Positions 41,333 to 55,684 are shown, counted from the first letter of the stretch. The stretch: 64,000 nucleotides of DNA from Octopus vulgaris (GCA_951406725.2 OX597834.1:30132001-30196000), one strand, 5' to 3'. Notes: generated from the sequence alone by a model not told the origin. Program-made: numbers and translations.

Positions 41333-41765
41333 CAAAGATCCTATGAGATTTTATGATTCAGTATGACCATGAGATAGAGAATAGGAAACCAGACATAGTG
41401 TTGAGAAAGAAAGCAAACTATGCTGGATCATAGATATAGCATGCCCAGCTGATAACAAGGTATGTGATAAGGAAGAAAGAAAAATCAATAGATATAACAG
41501 GTTAGCTTGGGGGGTTAAGCAGTTGTGGTTGCTGAAAAAGGTGGTAGAAGTACCAATGGGAACAGTGAGTAAAAATCTCGAGAAGTACATGGAACAAATA
41601 GGGGCTGCAGTAAGGGTGGAGCATTCACAGAAAACAGCACTGCTTGGACTCACTCGAATACTCCGGATGGTACTTGAAAAATAAGGGGTGTTACCTTAGT
41701 TTACCAGTAGTGAACAGCTGACATTGTAGTACATTTCTAGTGTTAGAAACTGTGCAAAGACAATA
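41330..41765 (+). mobile_element. R4/Dong-clade non-LTR element 3' end (restriction-like endonuclease) inserted in (TAA)n
   Basis: Encodes KIL*DFMIQYDHEIENRKPDIV and WIIDIACPAD (PD...D RLE motif); TAA repeats on both flanks. Confidence 0.75.
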
Positions 41766-42050
41766 AAATAATGATAATAATAACAATGGTTTCAAATTCG
41801 GAGATTCTGAAACAAGGCCAGCAATTTTGTGGGCAGTGTGTTAGCTTGTTACATTGATTCCAGAATTTAACTGGTACTTTATTTTATTGGCCCACAAAGA
41901 ATGAAAGCACAAGTCGACCTCAGCAAAATTTGAACTCAGAATGTAAAAGTCCGGAAACAGTGCAACTTAGCATTTTGATCATATTCTAATAACCCTGCTG
42001 ATTCCCTGATTTAAACATCGACATAAAATCAATTTACAACAATTACTTAC

Positions 42051-42248
42051 TTTCTACGCAAGAAATGTTTTCAATGTTCTTGAATTCTCCATATTTACAA
42101 GAAGTGAAATAAAACTTTGTTGTTTCGTAACCATTTTCACATTTGGCATAAATGGTTTGACCGTGTTCCATCTCAGTGCCAGACTGGATTCTGCCAAGTA
42201 AAGAGGAATGGTAATGCCCATTGTTCAACTCTGGAACTTTGCAAGGAT
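42051..42248 (-). CDS. Gene C exon: CCP2 ([12 protein letters not shown]...[38 protein letters not shown]); the conserved Trp is replaced by Phe
   Basis: ccctttctag|AT ... GAA A|gtaagt, 198 nt, phase 1-1. Confidence 0.9.
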
Positions 42249-42330
42249 CTAGAAAGGGAAATAAAAGATAATACATATATATATATACACATACTTACAT
42301 ACATATATATATACTTACATACATACATAT

Positions 42331-42363
<33 letters not shown>

Positions 42364-43009
42364 TATATACATACATACATATATATATACATATATATAG
42401 GCTTTCTTCCAAGGAATCTAATGCGCTTGGCTTAGATTTTCCTTTGGGGCTGGCCAGATCGGAGCAATCTCAAGATTAATCAGCCGAAATTGCGAAGATG
42501 ATCCGGTTCTTGACTGAAGATTGAAAGCTTCGAATGTCCCGTCCGTGTTTTTTGAATCGTCTTCTAAATGTTTTGCGTTCTTGTCTCAGTTTGTATTTTT
42601 TTACATTTATATATATATATATATATATTTGTTTTGCAAGATTATATATATATATATATATATATGCATACATACATGTATGTGTGTGTGTGTGAGGTAG
42701 ACCTCAATATCATTGAAAATAGAGGACTGTATTTATTGAATGATAGAGATGTAGAGACTCACATACAGGACTTCAGCTGGCAAAAAATATTAATAATAAC
42801 AATGGAAACAAAAGCAATAATAATAATCCTTTCTACTAAAGGCACAAGGCCTGAAATTTGAGGAGGTGGAGGTTAGTCAATTACATCGACCCCAGTACTT
42901 AACTGGTACTTATTTCATTGACCCCCAAAAGGGTGAAAGGTAAAGTAAGGACAGATGAAATGCTGCTAAGCATTTCTCCAAGCCTGCTAACGATTCTGCC
43001 TGCTCACTG

Positions 43010-43048
43010 TCTAATAATGATAATAATAATAACAACAACAACAACAAC

Positions 43049-43090
<42 letters not shown>

Positions 43091-43202
43091 AATAATGATA
43101 ATAATAATAATAACAACAACAATAATAATAATGATGATGATGATGATGCTGATAATAATAATGATAATAATAATAATAATAATAATGATAGTAATAATAA
43201 TA

Positions 43203-43244
<42 letters not shown>

Positions 43245-43263
43245 TTAATAATAATAATAATGA

Positions 43264-43313
<50 letters not shown>

Positions 43314-43436
43314 GTAATAATAATAATAATAATAATGATAATAATGATAATAATAATAGTAATAATAATAATAATAGTAATAGTAATAATAATAATAATA
43401 ATAATGATGATGATGATGATGATAATAGTAATAATA

Positions 43437-43480
<44 letters not shown>

Positions 43481-43490
43481 AATGATGATG

Positions 43491-43526
<36 letters not shown>

Positions 43527-43530
43527 CTGA
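43010..43530. repeat. (TAA)/(TGA) trinucleotide array
   Basis: Direct reading. Confidence 0.97.
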
Positions 43531-44181
43531 TAAAAACTAATAATCCCATACAAGATAACAACAACTGCTTGTCTGTTGTGGAAGAAAAATTAGTTTACAA
43601 TATGTCTGCTACTTAAATTATTTTGGTTACAGATTTTCCGTATCAAATTAATTTTCTCATTAATTACTTTGTCACACAACATACAGAAGTTTTATTTTGA
43701 AAATAAATATTTAGTTAGCTTTAACGAGAAATCCAGCAGTTGATGACACTCGCCATAACATCAGCACAAAACTGGAAAGGATTCCTTTGATGGTGGCACG
43801 GACAGTTCTAAGAGATTAAATCAACTTTAAAATATATTTACTGTAAATTTTTGACTGTTGTGCATAGAGATTGCATTTGCAAAGTGTGTGTGTGTGGTTT
43901 AGCCGGTCAATTACTTTCTTAGTCAAGAAAATCCTCAAATTTCCAAGGTTATCACTTAGATATTTAGTAATGTGGCAAAGTGTATTAATAATTGTGAGGT
44001 GGGGCTGAGTGGTTAAGGAGGTTGTTCCCCTACCATATTGTTTTAGGTTCAGTTACACTATGTGGTCCCCTTGAGCAAGTGTCATCTGCTATAGCCCCAG
44101 GTCAACCCCAAAAAATTTTGAGTGAATTTGAAAGATGGAAACTGAAAAAATATCTGTTGTGTGTGTATATAAGGACATATA

Positions 44182-44228
<47 letters not shown>

Positions 44229-44233
44229 GTATA

Positions 44234-44653
44234 GGCGCAGGAGTGGCTGTGTGGTAAGTAGATTGTTTTACCAACCACATGGTTCCGGGTTCAGTCCCAC
44301 TGCATGGCACCTTGGGCAAGTGTCTTCTACTATAGCCTCGGACCGACCAAAGCCTTGTGAGTGGATTTGGTAGACGGAAACTGAAAGAAGCCCATCGTAT
44401 ATATGTATATATATATATATATATGCGTGCGTGTGTTTGTGTGAGTGTGTTTGTCCCCCTAGCATTGCTTGACAACCGATGCTGGTGTGTTTATGTCCCC
44501 ATTACTTAGCGGTTCGGCAAAAGAGACCGATAGAATAAGTACTGGGCTTACAAAAGAACAAGTCCCAGGGTTGAGTTGCTTGATTAAAGGCGGTGCTCCA
44601 GCATGGCCGCAGTCAAATGACTGAAACAAGTAAAAGAGTAAAAAGAGTAAAGA

Positions 44654-44654
<1 letters not shown>
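44234..44654 (+). mobile_element. Full-length family A SINE
   Basis: Same sequence as 22860-23284. Confidence 0.9.
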
Positions 44655-44709
<55 letters not shown>

Positions 44710-44907
44710 GGATAAAATCTTTATAAGAAATTATCAAGTAGTTAGTGGGAAAAACCTCATAAGCGAAGAATTTATTAATTATTCCCTTTAAATATATTTA
44801 TTTATATGAAGGGCATTACTATACATAAATGCCACTGGGAAGTGGCCCTCGAAGTCGCTGGAAATGGAAATCTCCAGGTCCAAATTCTTGAACGGCTGCT
44901 GCTGCTG

Positions 44908-44942
<35 letters not shown>

Positions 44943-45763
44943 GCTGCTAACACTACTACTACTACTACTACTACTAACACTACTACTACTACTACTACTA
45001 CTACTAACACTACTACTACTACTACTACTATTACTACTACTACTACTACAGTATAAGTTGGAGCTCCACATAAATCTTTATTATCTAGTTAGCTTTCAGT
45101 TATAGTGGTTAGTCTACCACTGAACTTGACAATATTAATAGTTATGATATACAGAACACACAAGCATAAATTATTACTTCCTATGTATAGTTCACTGCTG
45201 CAGTTATTTGCAATTCAGCATTGGGTGCCCCAAGTGCATTCGGATGTGTAAGTGCAACGGGTCACCTAGGAAACACTTTATTGCATTTTGTTATAGAGAT
45301 TTAAAATATGAAATCGATCCCGTGATGAGATAATTTACGATTATTTTGAAACTGAAGTTGAAAGAAAGCAAATGGAGTGGGAAATGTGTGTGTCTGTCTG
45401 TGCCTCTTTGTCTTGACATTGGGTGGTAGTTGTAAATAAGTGCCATTGTCATACAAGCAGTGTCGTGTGTATGAAGTCATGTTTGGTCATGTGGAGAAAT
45501 ACTACCTTGCTTAGAAACAGGTGAGGGTATGCAACAGGGAGGGTGTCCAGTTGCAGAAAATCTGTCTCAGCAAATTCTGCCTGACCTGTGCAAGCACGAA
45601 AAGGTACACATAGGCACATGTGTGTGCATGCAGAAGGGATGGGGAGGGTGCATGCATGTGTGTGCATGTGTATATCTCTGCACATGTGGATATGTGTGTG
45701 CAAATCTGTGTATCTCTCTCTATGTGTGTGTATGCATAAGTGTACGCTATACAGGTAACTTAC

Positions 45764-45940
45764 TTGGTCTGCATTTAGGAATAAATGGAATCCATTTATT
45801 CTGAAGACATATAACGTTGGTGATGTTGTCTGCTGGTTCATGGGTTCCTTCATTACATGCAATAGTCATTTCCTCAATTCCTTCAACAACATCTACAGAT
45901 ACGGTCATATATTTGCTGTTCCTTAACTTCTGACAGCCAA
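45764..45940 (-). CDS. Gene C exon: CCP1 (GCQKLRNSKYMTVS...IACNEGTHEPADNITNVICLQNKWIPFIPKCRP); not in the ORF track
   Basis: gtcttctag|TT ... CCA A|gtaagt, 177 nt, open frame, four Cys plus Trp. Confidence 0.9.
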
Positions 45941-46008
45941 CTAGAAGACATACAAAGAGAACAGCAAGAAATAAATGATATTATCAGAAGACAAAAACAA
46001 GTCAAATT

Positions 46009-46040
<32 letters not shown>

Positions 46041-46412
46041 ATGTTGTGTAATTGTAAGATCCATGGGTCAAGGTGTAGGAAGTTAGTAAGCTTCAAACAA
46101 TTCATGGTAGGTATAAAAATAAACAATTTTCAGGAACAATAATAGTTTATTGGCATAAAAAGGTGATGGGTTTTTTCCATATCAGAATTTGATAAGCTGA
46201 AAAAAGTATTTTTATAGCACAAAGTAAGCAACTAAGGTTGCTATGAATGTGAATAAAAATCCAAATTTAAGGAATGGAGCTGGTAAAACCCAGGTTACAT
46301 ATATCTCCTAACTCGCTGGATATACAACTTTTTTAATTATATCTCTGGTAAGTTAACTCGAGATTCCTTAATGACAATCTAAACTTTAGTTGACCAAGAT
46401 ATCTTCAGCCTG

Positions 46413-46648
46413 AAGGTGGTGAGCTGGCAGAAACGTTAGCATGCCGGACAAAACACCTAGCGGTATTTCGTCTGTCGTTACATTGTGAGTTCAAATTCCA
46501 CCGAGGTCGACTTTGCCTTTCATCCTTTCGGGGTCGATAAATTAAGTACCAGTTACGCACTGGGGTCGATGTAATCGACTTAATACCTATGTCTGTCCTT
46601 GTTTGTCCCCTCTGTGTTTAGCCCCTTGTGGGTAATAAAGAAATAGGT
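46413..46648 (+). mobile_element. Family C SINE with apparent target-site duplication (tatcttcagcctga)
   Basis: tatcttcagcctga occurs immediately before (~46400) and after (~46648) the element. Confidence 0.8.
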
Positions 46649-46789
46649 ATCTTCAGCCTGATGAATAGCTAGTGGAGTACCCGTCATTGAGTAATTATTA
46701 CTTCCAAGGATCTGCTAGCTAGGACACATATGTAGCCTGGATTTTACCTGCTCTCATTCCCTCAAATTGGATTTGAATGTATAAATATA

Positions 46790-47025
46790 CCATAATCACT
46801 TCACTTGATGTATTAAATCTTTATATACTACCATGCTGCATAAGTCTGGATTAGGGGCAATGGCCTTTTGGCTAAAAAGCTCCAAATTAATCCATGATTC
46901 ATCACAGAGAGATTAGAATTTATCCTTCAAAACGGCTACTTCCTTTTCAAGAAAGATACCCACCAACAAATATCTGGAACTTCAGTGGGTACAAAAGTTG
47001 TCCCAACATATGTCAACTTAGCTCA
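46790..47025 (+). mobile_element. Penelope-like reverse transcriptase fragment
   Basis: ITSLDVLNLY, FILQNGYFLF and GTSVGTKVVPTYVNL across frameshifts (GTAMG-type motif). Confidence 0.6.
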
Positions 47026-47574
47026 GAATGGGGATGAGGAGAGGAGGGGATGGGAATGGAGGAATGAAGAGGCGAAGAGTCAGGATAAGGTTATGGTTAG
47101 GGTGCTAGCACCCTAGATCAGTGTTTTTATGATGGTAGCTATTTCAGGTCTGTTGTATAAGCTATTTTCTAAGTGGTTCCTTAAGAGTGGTAGTAAACTC
47201 AAGGGCAGTTTCAGGTGTCCCATACACTCTATACCACTGACTCCCAGACCTCCCCAAAAGAAATCTTACCCAGTATTAAACATACACGTGTAAATGGATG
47301 GTCAACATTGATCAACAAAGGCCCTCCCTACATGACCAACTCCAAGTGTCAAGACTACTTTTTACTTTTCTTTCCTCATTCTCAGATAAAGATCAAAGCT
47401 AAAAAAAGTTATGCACAATTCATAGCAAATAAATATTTTCACCAATCTTCAAACATTTTCGATTGACTGAATATTTCTGACACAAACCAGCACCAGTTAT
47501 TTCCCCTTCTGGGTTTTACCTCCTTGATATTTACTTCCACCCCTTTACAATCTTTCTTCAAATCCCACCTGCTA

Positions 47575-47960
47575 GGTTGAATTTACCTTTCCTTGTAACA
47601 TTGATGATGCTAAAATAGACAGCAAGCAAAAAGCAATGGGATTCGACAAGTTAGTGGAACTCCGACGTCTGGCAGCTGACTTGGCAGACACCCATAAAAT
47701 TATCAAGCATCTTACAAACAATAACTCTGAGCACCTTTTGTTAGTTGTCGGAGCACTGCATCCTTCAAAACTTCCATGCTTTCTGAGATTCGCCAACACT
47801 ACACCTGATTTTCTCCCCCTCCATACACACACAAGCATGTATCTGACTCATACATTGTTCGCTTTCCAGACATTTGTACATTACTGCATATACTTTATAC
47901 ACACTTTCTGACAAGTTGTGGTACACCTGAGCACTGTATACAATAATTTCATTATTATTA
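47575..47960 (+). mobile_element. CR1-like LINE 3' end with TTA-repeat tail
   Basis: LVELRRLAADLADTHKII motif. Confidence 0.65.
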
Positions 47961-47965
47961 TTATA

Positions 47966-48009
<44 letters not shown>

Positions 48010-48010
<1 letters not shown>

Positions 48011-48377
48011 GAGTGAGAGAGCAGTTCATGCTATCAAAGTGACACTGGGGTAAAATATACAAAGCCCAATATACCCATCATGACTACCCGTCTGATAAAG
48101 GTACACCAGGCACATGCATCACAACCATATGTGCGCGACATGGTGATCTCATATCAAGATAAACAGCACATGACCTTGCAGGTGGGGCCCAGTTAGAATT
48201 TTCTTCAGGTTGAGTAGCCCATCCCGCTCAAACGGTCCCTGAATAAGGGTTGTTTAAGGATGTTGAAAGAACCACCCATGTTTCCAGAGGTGAACTATTC
48301 AAACCCCAAAGAATCCCTCTCAACACATGGCTATGATGCTCCCCCATTACTTCTGCTCGTGATCAGAGATGCACATA

Positions 48378-48380
<3 letters not shown>
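48010..48380 (-). mobile_element. Repeat family D, inverted copy
   Basis: Reverse complement of about 25630-26000. Confidence 0.8.
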
Positions 48381-48411
<31 letters not shown>

Positions 48412-49139
48412 CCAATATGGCAGCAGTCAAATGACTGAGGATAAAAATAATGAAAGAAGGAATGTATATGATGTATATGTGTGTGTATAAAACATTTACG
48501 TTTTTTTAAACACATTTTTCAAATAAAATCTTTGTCAGGATTAAAACATGGATTATCCTTTGTGTTATCATGAGCAGAAACATGATTGATGATGTCAAAA
48601 AGGATCAAAGATTGTTCTCAAGCCACACACTCACAAGGCCAGTTTCCCAGATTTTGTGGTACATATATTCCCCCACTGGATGGGACACCAGTATGTCACA
48701 GTGTGCCACAGTGTGTCACAGTGTGCCACAGTATGTCACAGTGTGCCACAGTGTGTCACAGGATTACTCATTTTTGATAAAGTGTTGATTGGAGCAATAG
48801 GATATGAAGTATTTTGTTCAAGACCACAATGCATCACCTGGTCCAGGAATTGAAACCACAATCTTGTGATCACAAGTGCAATACCCTAGCCACTGAGCCA
48901 CTAAGCCACATACCACCAAGACTGACAATGAGCTGAGGTCCAAAATAATTTTGTTACTAAAACTCCTCACCTTCTTGAGTAATTTCCACAAATATTCAAC
49001 ATAGGAGGCATTAATGCATGCAAATATTTAAAATGAGGCTGTGGAGCTGAGGTGGGCCAGAAGCATGGGGTCAGTGATGTCATGCAAACTTCCAAGGGGC
49101 CTTGCTGGAAAGAGAGGAATGAGGGAGGTCATGTGAGTA

Positions 49140-51200
49140 GAAGGGTGACCAGCATTGCCTGGTATTGCAACATCTATTATGTTTGCTTCTTTTTCATCTT
49201 TATGCATGATCACAATATCTGGTCCTCTTGCCGCTATTACTTGGTCGCACTGCATATTAAAATCCCAGAATATTTTGTAATATTCATTTTCCATTACACC
49301 ATCTGGCTTGTGTTCTTACCATTGTTTCGCTCTCTCAAGGTTTGCTTTACCGCACAACAACCAGTGGACATATGTGGCCACATTGTCATATCTCCTTTAA
49401 TATTCGCATTGTGCGAGCTTACAGCACTCACTAACAATATGGCTTATACTTTCTCCCTTCTCAGAGCACATCCTACACTATGGTGAATCAGTAATTTTAT
49501 CAATGTGATATTTGGAGTAGTTTCTTCTTCCTGAGCACTGCACACTAATGCCTCAGTGGGCCCTTTTAAGTCTCCTTTCTGTAACCATTGCCAGGTTCTA
49601 TTCCAATCAATCTCATCTTTATTCTTCAAGAACTGACAGAGCATTTTCATCTGCTTTCTCTGGTCCTTCTTAAATTGTGTTGGATCTATGGCTTCATTCA
49701 CTTTTAAGGGTCCTTGCATTTTCACTGCTTCAATCATTTCTTCTTTGCTCCCCTTGACATACCAAGCCAGACAATTCTCCTCTTCCCTTACACAACCTTC
49801 ACAACACACCAATCCCCATCCTCCCTCCTTCCTCTTTACATACAATCTTAACACATCACTCTTGGGGTGTGGTTCCTGGTTAATTGTCATTAATTTACGT
49901 GTTCTCTGATCTATCTCTTGTAATTCATGCTTCTTCCAAGATACTATTCCTGCATCAAAGCAACAGCCCACATGTTAATTGCTCTAACCTTATAGCAGCC
50001 AATTAGCTTTGATTGGAGCACAAACCGAGTTCTTCTCAAAAACTCTTTCCTGTACATTTTTTCATCTTATGTTCATTCTTCTTATCTCAATGATACCTAG
50101 GTACTTATATCTTTTCTCTCCAACTTCCCTTATAGTTTCACCCCTTTCTAGCTTGATCCCATGGCTTTTACTGATTTTCCCCCTTTGGAGAATCATTACA
50201 CCACATTTCTCGATTCCAAATTCCATGCCAATATCTTTTGCTAATCATCTGCACAGTTGCAGTCAAACTCTCAATTTCTTTCTCAGTCTTAGCGAATAGC
50301 TTTAGGTCATCCATAAATCAAAGGTTGTTTACTTTCACCCTGCCGAGCATGTGCCCCACAAGCATCTTTCTTAAAACGCTCATTAACGGCAGTATACATA
50401 CAACAAATAGGAAAGGCAACAGACTGTCCCCTTCAAAGATTCATCATCATCATCATCATCATCGTTTAACGTCCGTTTTCCGCGCTAGCACGGGTTGGAC
50501 GGTTCAACCGGGGTCTGGGAAGCCAGGGGCTGCACCAGGCTCCAGTCTGATCTGGCAGTGTTTCTACAGCTGGATGCCTTTCCTAACGCCAACCACTCCG
50601 CAAGTGTAGTGGGTGCTTTTTACGTGCCACCTGCACAGGTGCCAGGGGGGTCTGGCATCAGCCACGATTGGTTGGTGCTTTTTATGTGCCACCAGCACAG
50701 AAGCCATTCTTCTTTTGATATTTACCTCTCCCAGCTCATCTCCCCATGCCGTGAGTTCAGTTCACCATGTTGCCATTGAGCTTTATATTAACTTCAGGAT
50801 ATTATGGGAGATCTTAAGTAGTTTAAGGCATTCAATAATCCATGAATGCAGGACCATGTCATATGCTTTCCTATTATCCACCCATGCCATCACCAAATTT
50901 TTGTGTCTCTTCTTGCAATCAGCCAGGATAGTCTTATCGATTAGTAATTGATCCTTCATTCCTCTACTTTTACATCTACACCCTTTTTGTTCCACTGGTA
51001 GTAGATTATTCTTATGTAGGTACTTATAGATGTTGTTCAATATGATGCCCGTCATCAGTTTCCACATCAGTGGCAAACAAGATATTGGTCGAAAATTTCC
51101 AACCACATTCCCTTTACTTGGATCCTTCTGGCATAGTACCATTCTTCCTTTTGTCATCCGGGCCAGTACATGGATGTCACTGGTCTCCTGCACTATTCTC
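49140..51200 (-). mobile_element. Decayed R4/Dong-clade non-LTR retrotransposon (RT + RLE), interrupted by an RTE 3'UTR insert at 50441-50720
   Basis: [54 protein letters not shown] and KIFWDF...PDIV...IIDVAIP. Confidence 0.9.
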
Positions 51201-51353
51201 TAATCATCTCCTCGGTTATTCTCAATATATATATTAATTTTTATACACACATCTATCTAATGCACAACACACCATGAATCAGGAGTAAAATATATTTAAA
51301 TATTAGAAAACCTAGCTGTGACATAAGTTCATAGCAATGACAATACATATATA

Positions 51354-51386
<33 letters not shown>

Positions 51387-51424
51387 GTGTATGTATATAT
51401 ATATGTGTGTGTGTGTGTGTGTGC

Positions 51425-51817
<393 letters not shown>

Positions 51818-52269
51818 GAAAAAAGCAACAAGAATGGATCAAATTATCGGTACAATTGTTTTGTACGAAGACATCTTTAAATAAGGCTACAAAAATTGCA
51901 GTAATATATATATATATGTGTGTGTGTGTATGTATGTATGTATATATATATATATATATACATACACACATGCATGTGTGTGTGTGCGCATAAATGTGTT
52001 TGTGTGTATGTTCATGCGTGTGTTTTTGTATACATCCCTGTATAGATATGTACTATAAGTATATATTCAATATAATCCTTTAGCATTTACACTGGACCCC
52101 ACATGTTGAAACCAGCCTGATCCAAACTCTTACACATACCCTACAACGTTAATCTAAAAAGAAGCAATCTCATCAAAAATATCTCAAAGCTATGAAATAA
52201 AGCATGATTCATTCAAAACAATGTAAGTAAATAAATATTATATTCGACATTATATTTTTTTGATTGAAG

Positions 52270-52630
52270 CACGAGGATTCCGGTTGATCCGATCAACATA
52301 ACAGCCTGCTCGTGAAATTAACGTGTAAGTGGCTGAGCACTCCACAGACACGTGTACCCTTACCGTAGTTCTCGGGGATATTCAGCGTGACACAGAGAGT
52401 GACAAGGCTGGCCCTTTGAAATACAGGTACAACAGAAACAGGAAATAAGAGTGAGAGAAAGTTGTGGTGAAAGAGTACAGCAGGGATCACCACCATCCCC
52501 TGTCGGAGCCTCGTGGAGCTTTTAGGTGTTTTCGCTCAATAAACACTCACAACGCTCGGTCTGGGAATCGAAACCGCGATCCTATGACCGCGAGTCCGCT
52601 GCCCTAACCACTGGGCCATTGCGCCTCCAC
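52270..52630 (-). mobile_element. tRNA-derived SINE family E (second copy at 61596-61979; diverged + strand copy at about 60050-60330)
   Basis: Minus-strand head gtggaggcgcaatggcccagtggttagggc...ggtttcgattcccag; the flanks share tcgacattatat (possible TSD). Confidence 0.85.
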
Positions 52631-52891
52631 TCGACATTATATAAGCTATAAGGAAATGGAATTCTTTGGCAGTCAATTGTATTCCTGTTACAGAGAATAT
52701 ATTTCAGCCATTGACTTCATTGCCTCTAAATAAGGAATTGTAATTTCTGCTGTTAAGAAAAGCAGTTTGAAATTACACACTGCTGTAGATCTGAGGCTTG
52801 ATAAGACCTTATCTGATGGAATCGGTAAATTTTATTGATATGAGCTTATGTATAAGTGTGTCAGAAGGTGTAGGTATATGTATGTGTGTAT

Positions 52892-52951
<60 letters not shown>

Positions 52952-52985
52952 ATGTGTATACACAAACACACACACACGTATATAC

Positions 52986-53243
52986 AGTTGCAGTGTGGAA
53001 GGTGTTTATAAGCCATTTAAAAACACGCAAAAACCATTAGATTCGCTTCAACATTTAAATTTAATTTACCAAAATATTTTCGGCGCTTTGAGACTACGAT
53101 CTTTCACTGACAAAATTCCGCAACAGGTTGCGGTCTGAAAGTGATGAAAATATTTTGGCAAATTAAATTTAAATGTTGAAGTGAGTCTAACGGTTTTTGT
53201 GTGTTTTTAAATGGCTTATAAATACCTTCCATACTGCAATTGT
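52986..53243. repeat. ~110-bp imperfect inverted repeat; a related single arm lies at 56640-56770
   Basis: gcagtgtggaaggtgtttataagccatttaaaaacac / gtgtttttaaatggcttataaataccttccatactgc. Confidence 0.85.
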
Positions 53244-53298
53244 TTTTGTTTCAGCACACGATCTCAGATCAGGTCACTTGCTATGCAAGTAGATCTCC

Positions 53299-53350
<52 letters not shown>

Positions 53351-53751
53351 CATACACATACGCACACATGTAAGTGTCCCATTATTGTATTTTTTATATA
53401 TAAAATATAGCAGCGTAAATACACTTTGGTCTCTTATAAGTATATATATATACACACAAAACACAAAACCTCCAGACAGTTAGGTGATACAAGAAAGGGA
53501 CAACAAAACATCCAGATAGATGATACAAAGAAAACTAGGATGGGTCATTCGGAGTTTTCTTTCCTCAGTTGAGTTCCAGATTATCTTTGCAATTTTGGCT
53601 GGTTATACTCGAGGTTGCTCCAATCTGGCCAACCCCAAGGAAAAACTAAGCTAAGAGCATTAGATTCCTTGGAAGAAAGCAGTGAATGTAAATGAAAACA
53701 AGGGCGGAAAAAACGAAGAAAGTTACACGTATGTATGATATACATGCAAAT

Positions 53752-54145
53752 CATCATCATCGTTTAACATCCGTTCTCCATGCTAGCATGGGTTGGACGG
53801 TTCGACCGGGGGTCTGGGAAGCCAGAAGGCTGCACCAGGCTCCAGTCTGATCTGGCAGTGTTTCTACAGCTGGATGCCTTTCCTAACGCCAACCACTCCG
53901 TGAGTGTAGTGGGTGCTTTTTACGTGCCACCTGCACAGGTGCCAGGCGAGGCTGGCAATGGCCATGATCAGATTGTTGCATTTTACGTGCCACTGGCACA
54001 GAAGCCAGTCAAGGCGGCGCTGGCATCGGCCACGATTCAGATGGTGCTTTTTACGTGCCACCGGCACTGGGATCACAGCTGCAGTTTCCATTGATTTTGA
54101 TGTTGGTGGACTTGACTCAATGGATCTCCTCAAGCACAGGGTTGA
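53752..54145 (-). mobile_element. RTE LINE 3'UTR fragment (another at 58840-59130)
   Basis: Same sequence as 18795-19200. Confidence 0.85.
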
Positions 54146-54905
54146 AATGATATACATGCATATGTATACACATATATATATATATATATGTATGTACATG
54201 CACACACAAATGTATTTGTATGTATGTATACATGATAAAACAAACTCCAAGCAGTCTTGTCTTGGTCTGTGTCAGCACAAAACGTATTTTATTCAGTAAA
54301 ATTGACAAAAAGAATAAAGTGAACATTTTGTCAATTTTATTAACAATACACGTAAATTCATTTATATGTGCGTTTGTGTGCATGCATGCATGCGTGTGTG
54401 TATGAGTGAGTGTGTGTGTGTCTATGTATATGTGTGTATATATATGTGTATATATGTATATATATATATATATATATAATGTACTGATCCATGATAGAAA
54501 ATTCAACTAAAAAAGTACTGCATCTGGTGAGATATAAATATTATTTATTTGAAGGACACAATACATTTCTTTAAGTGCTTCTAATAGTTTCATATGTTGA
54601 GAAATATCTCAAACATATTCTTCAGTTGCCAACCACATATCATAATGAACTAAAGAAACATGAAAAAACTGAGGAGGCAGCATACAGAAAATGCAGGAAG
54701 TAAAAAATGGAAAACGAGAAATGGAAAATGGAAAACAGAAACTAAAATTTAAAAAAAAAATAAAAAGTAAAAATCTAAAAAAAGAACTGTCCTCCTTAGA
54801 CCTTAAATGATAAGTCAGGAATATGTGGAATGTTCCAATTCTTCAAAATATATTTATACATATGCATGCGACCACTGAAAATGTCTGACCTGGTCAGAAA
54901 TTTCC

Positions 54906-55124
54906 ATACTCTCTTTACTCTTTTACTTGTTTCAGTCATTTGACTGTGGCCATGCTGGAGCACCGCCTTTAGTCGAGCAAATCGCCCCCGGGACTTATTC
55001 TTTGTAAGCCCAGTACTTATTCTATCGGTCTCTTTTGCTGAACCGCTAAGTGACGGGGACGTAAACACACCTGCATCGGTTGTCAAGCAATGCTAGAGAG
55101 ACAAACTCAGACACACAAACATAT

Positions 55125-55155
<31 letters not shown>

Positions 55156-55318
55156 CGACGGGCTTCTTTCAGTTTCCGTCTACCAAATCCACTCACAAGG
55201 CTTTGGTCGGCCCGAGGCTATAGCAGAAGACACTTGCCCAAGGTGCCACGCAGTGGGACTGAACCCGGAACCATGTGGTTGGTTAGCAAGCTACTTACCA
55301 CACAGCCACTCCTGCGCC
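54906..55318 (-). mobile_element. Full-length young family A SINE
   Basis: Reverse complement of the 22860 and 44234 copies. Confidence 0.9.
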
Positions 55319-55345
55319 TATTATAATTATTGCAATTATACATTC

Positions 55346-55463
55346 CAGATAATATTACCGTCCAGTGAAACGAATACAGAATTATCCATGGGAGGAATTT
55401 ACAGAGTGACCGACAACTAATGGTAGTCATAGATGTTAGATACTGGTCGATGTGCTTAACCAT
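55346..55463 (-). CDS. Probable first coding exon of gene C: signal peptide (MVKHIDQYLTS/MTTISCRSLCKFLPWIILYSFHWTVILS-)
   Basis: Non-repetitive island with acceptor gttccag| just upstream of 55466 and ATGs at 55463 and 55430. Basic n-region, hydrophobic core, small residue at the end. The donor position is ambiguous (see findings). Confidence 0.5.
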
Positions 55464-55555
55464 AACCTGGAACATAACTGAGAGCCTGGATAATATATCC
55501 CTCCAAACTCACATATATACACACATATATATATATGTACGTATGTAGGCATGTA

Positions 55556-55596
<41 letters not shown>

Positions 55597-55625
55597 GTGT
55601 GTGTTTGTGTGTCTGTGTGTGTGTA

Positions 55626-55684
<59 letters not shown>

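Noticed and set aside
42918-43616. Poly-Ile/Met ORFs
   Set aside because: TAA/TGA microsatellite.
52555-52630. tRNA-like sequence (also the heads of family A and C repeats)
   Set aside because: These are SINE heads attached to repeated bodies, not stand-alone tRNA genes.
54860-54874. Second microexon candidate (ttttcag|TGGTCGCATGCATAT|gtataa)
   Set aside because: Short polypyrimidine tract and weak donor; it would add an unpaired Cys and does not resolve the phase problem of the signal exon.
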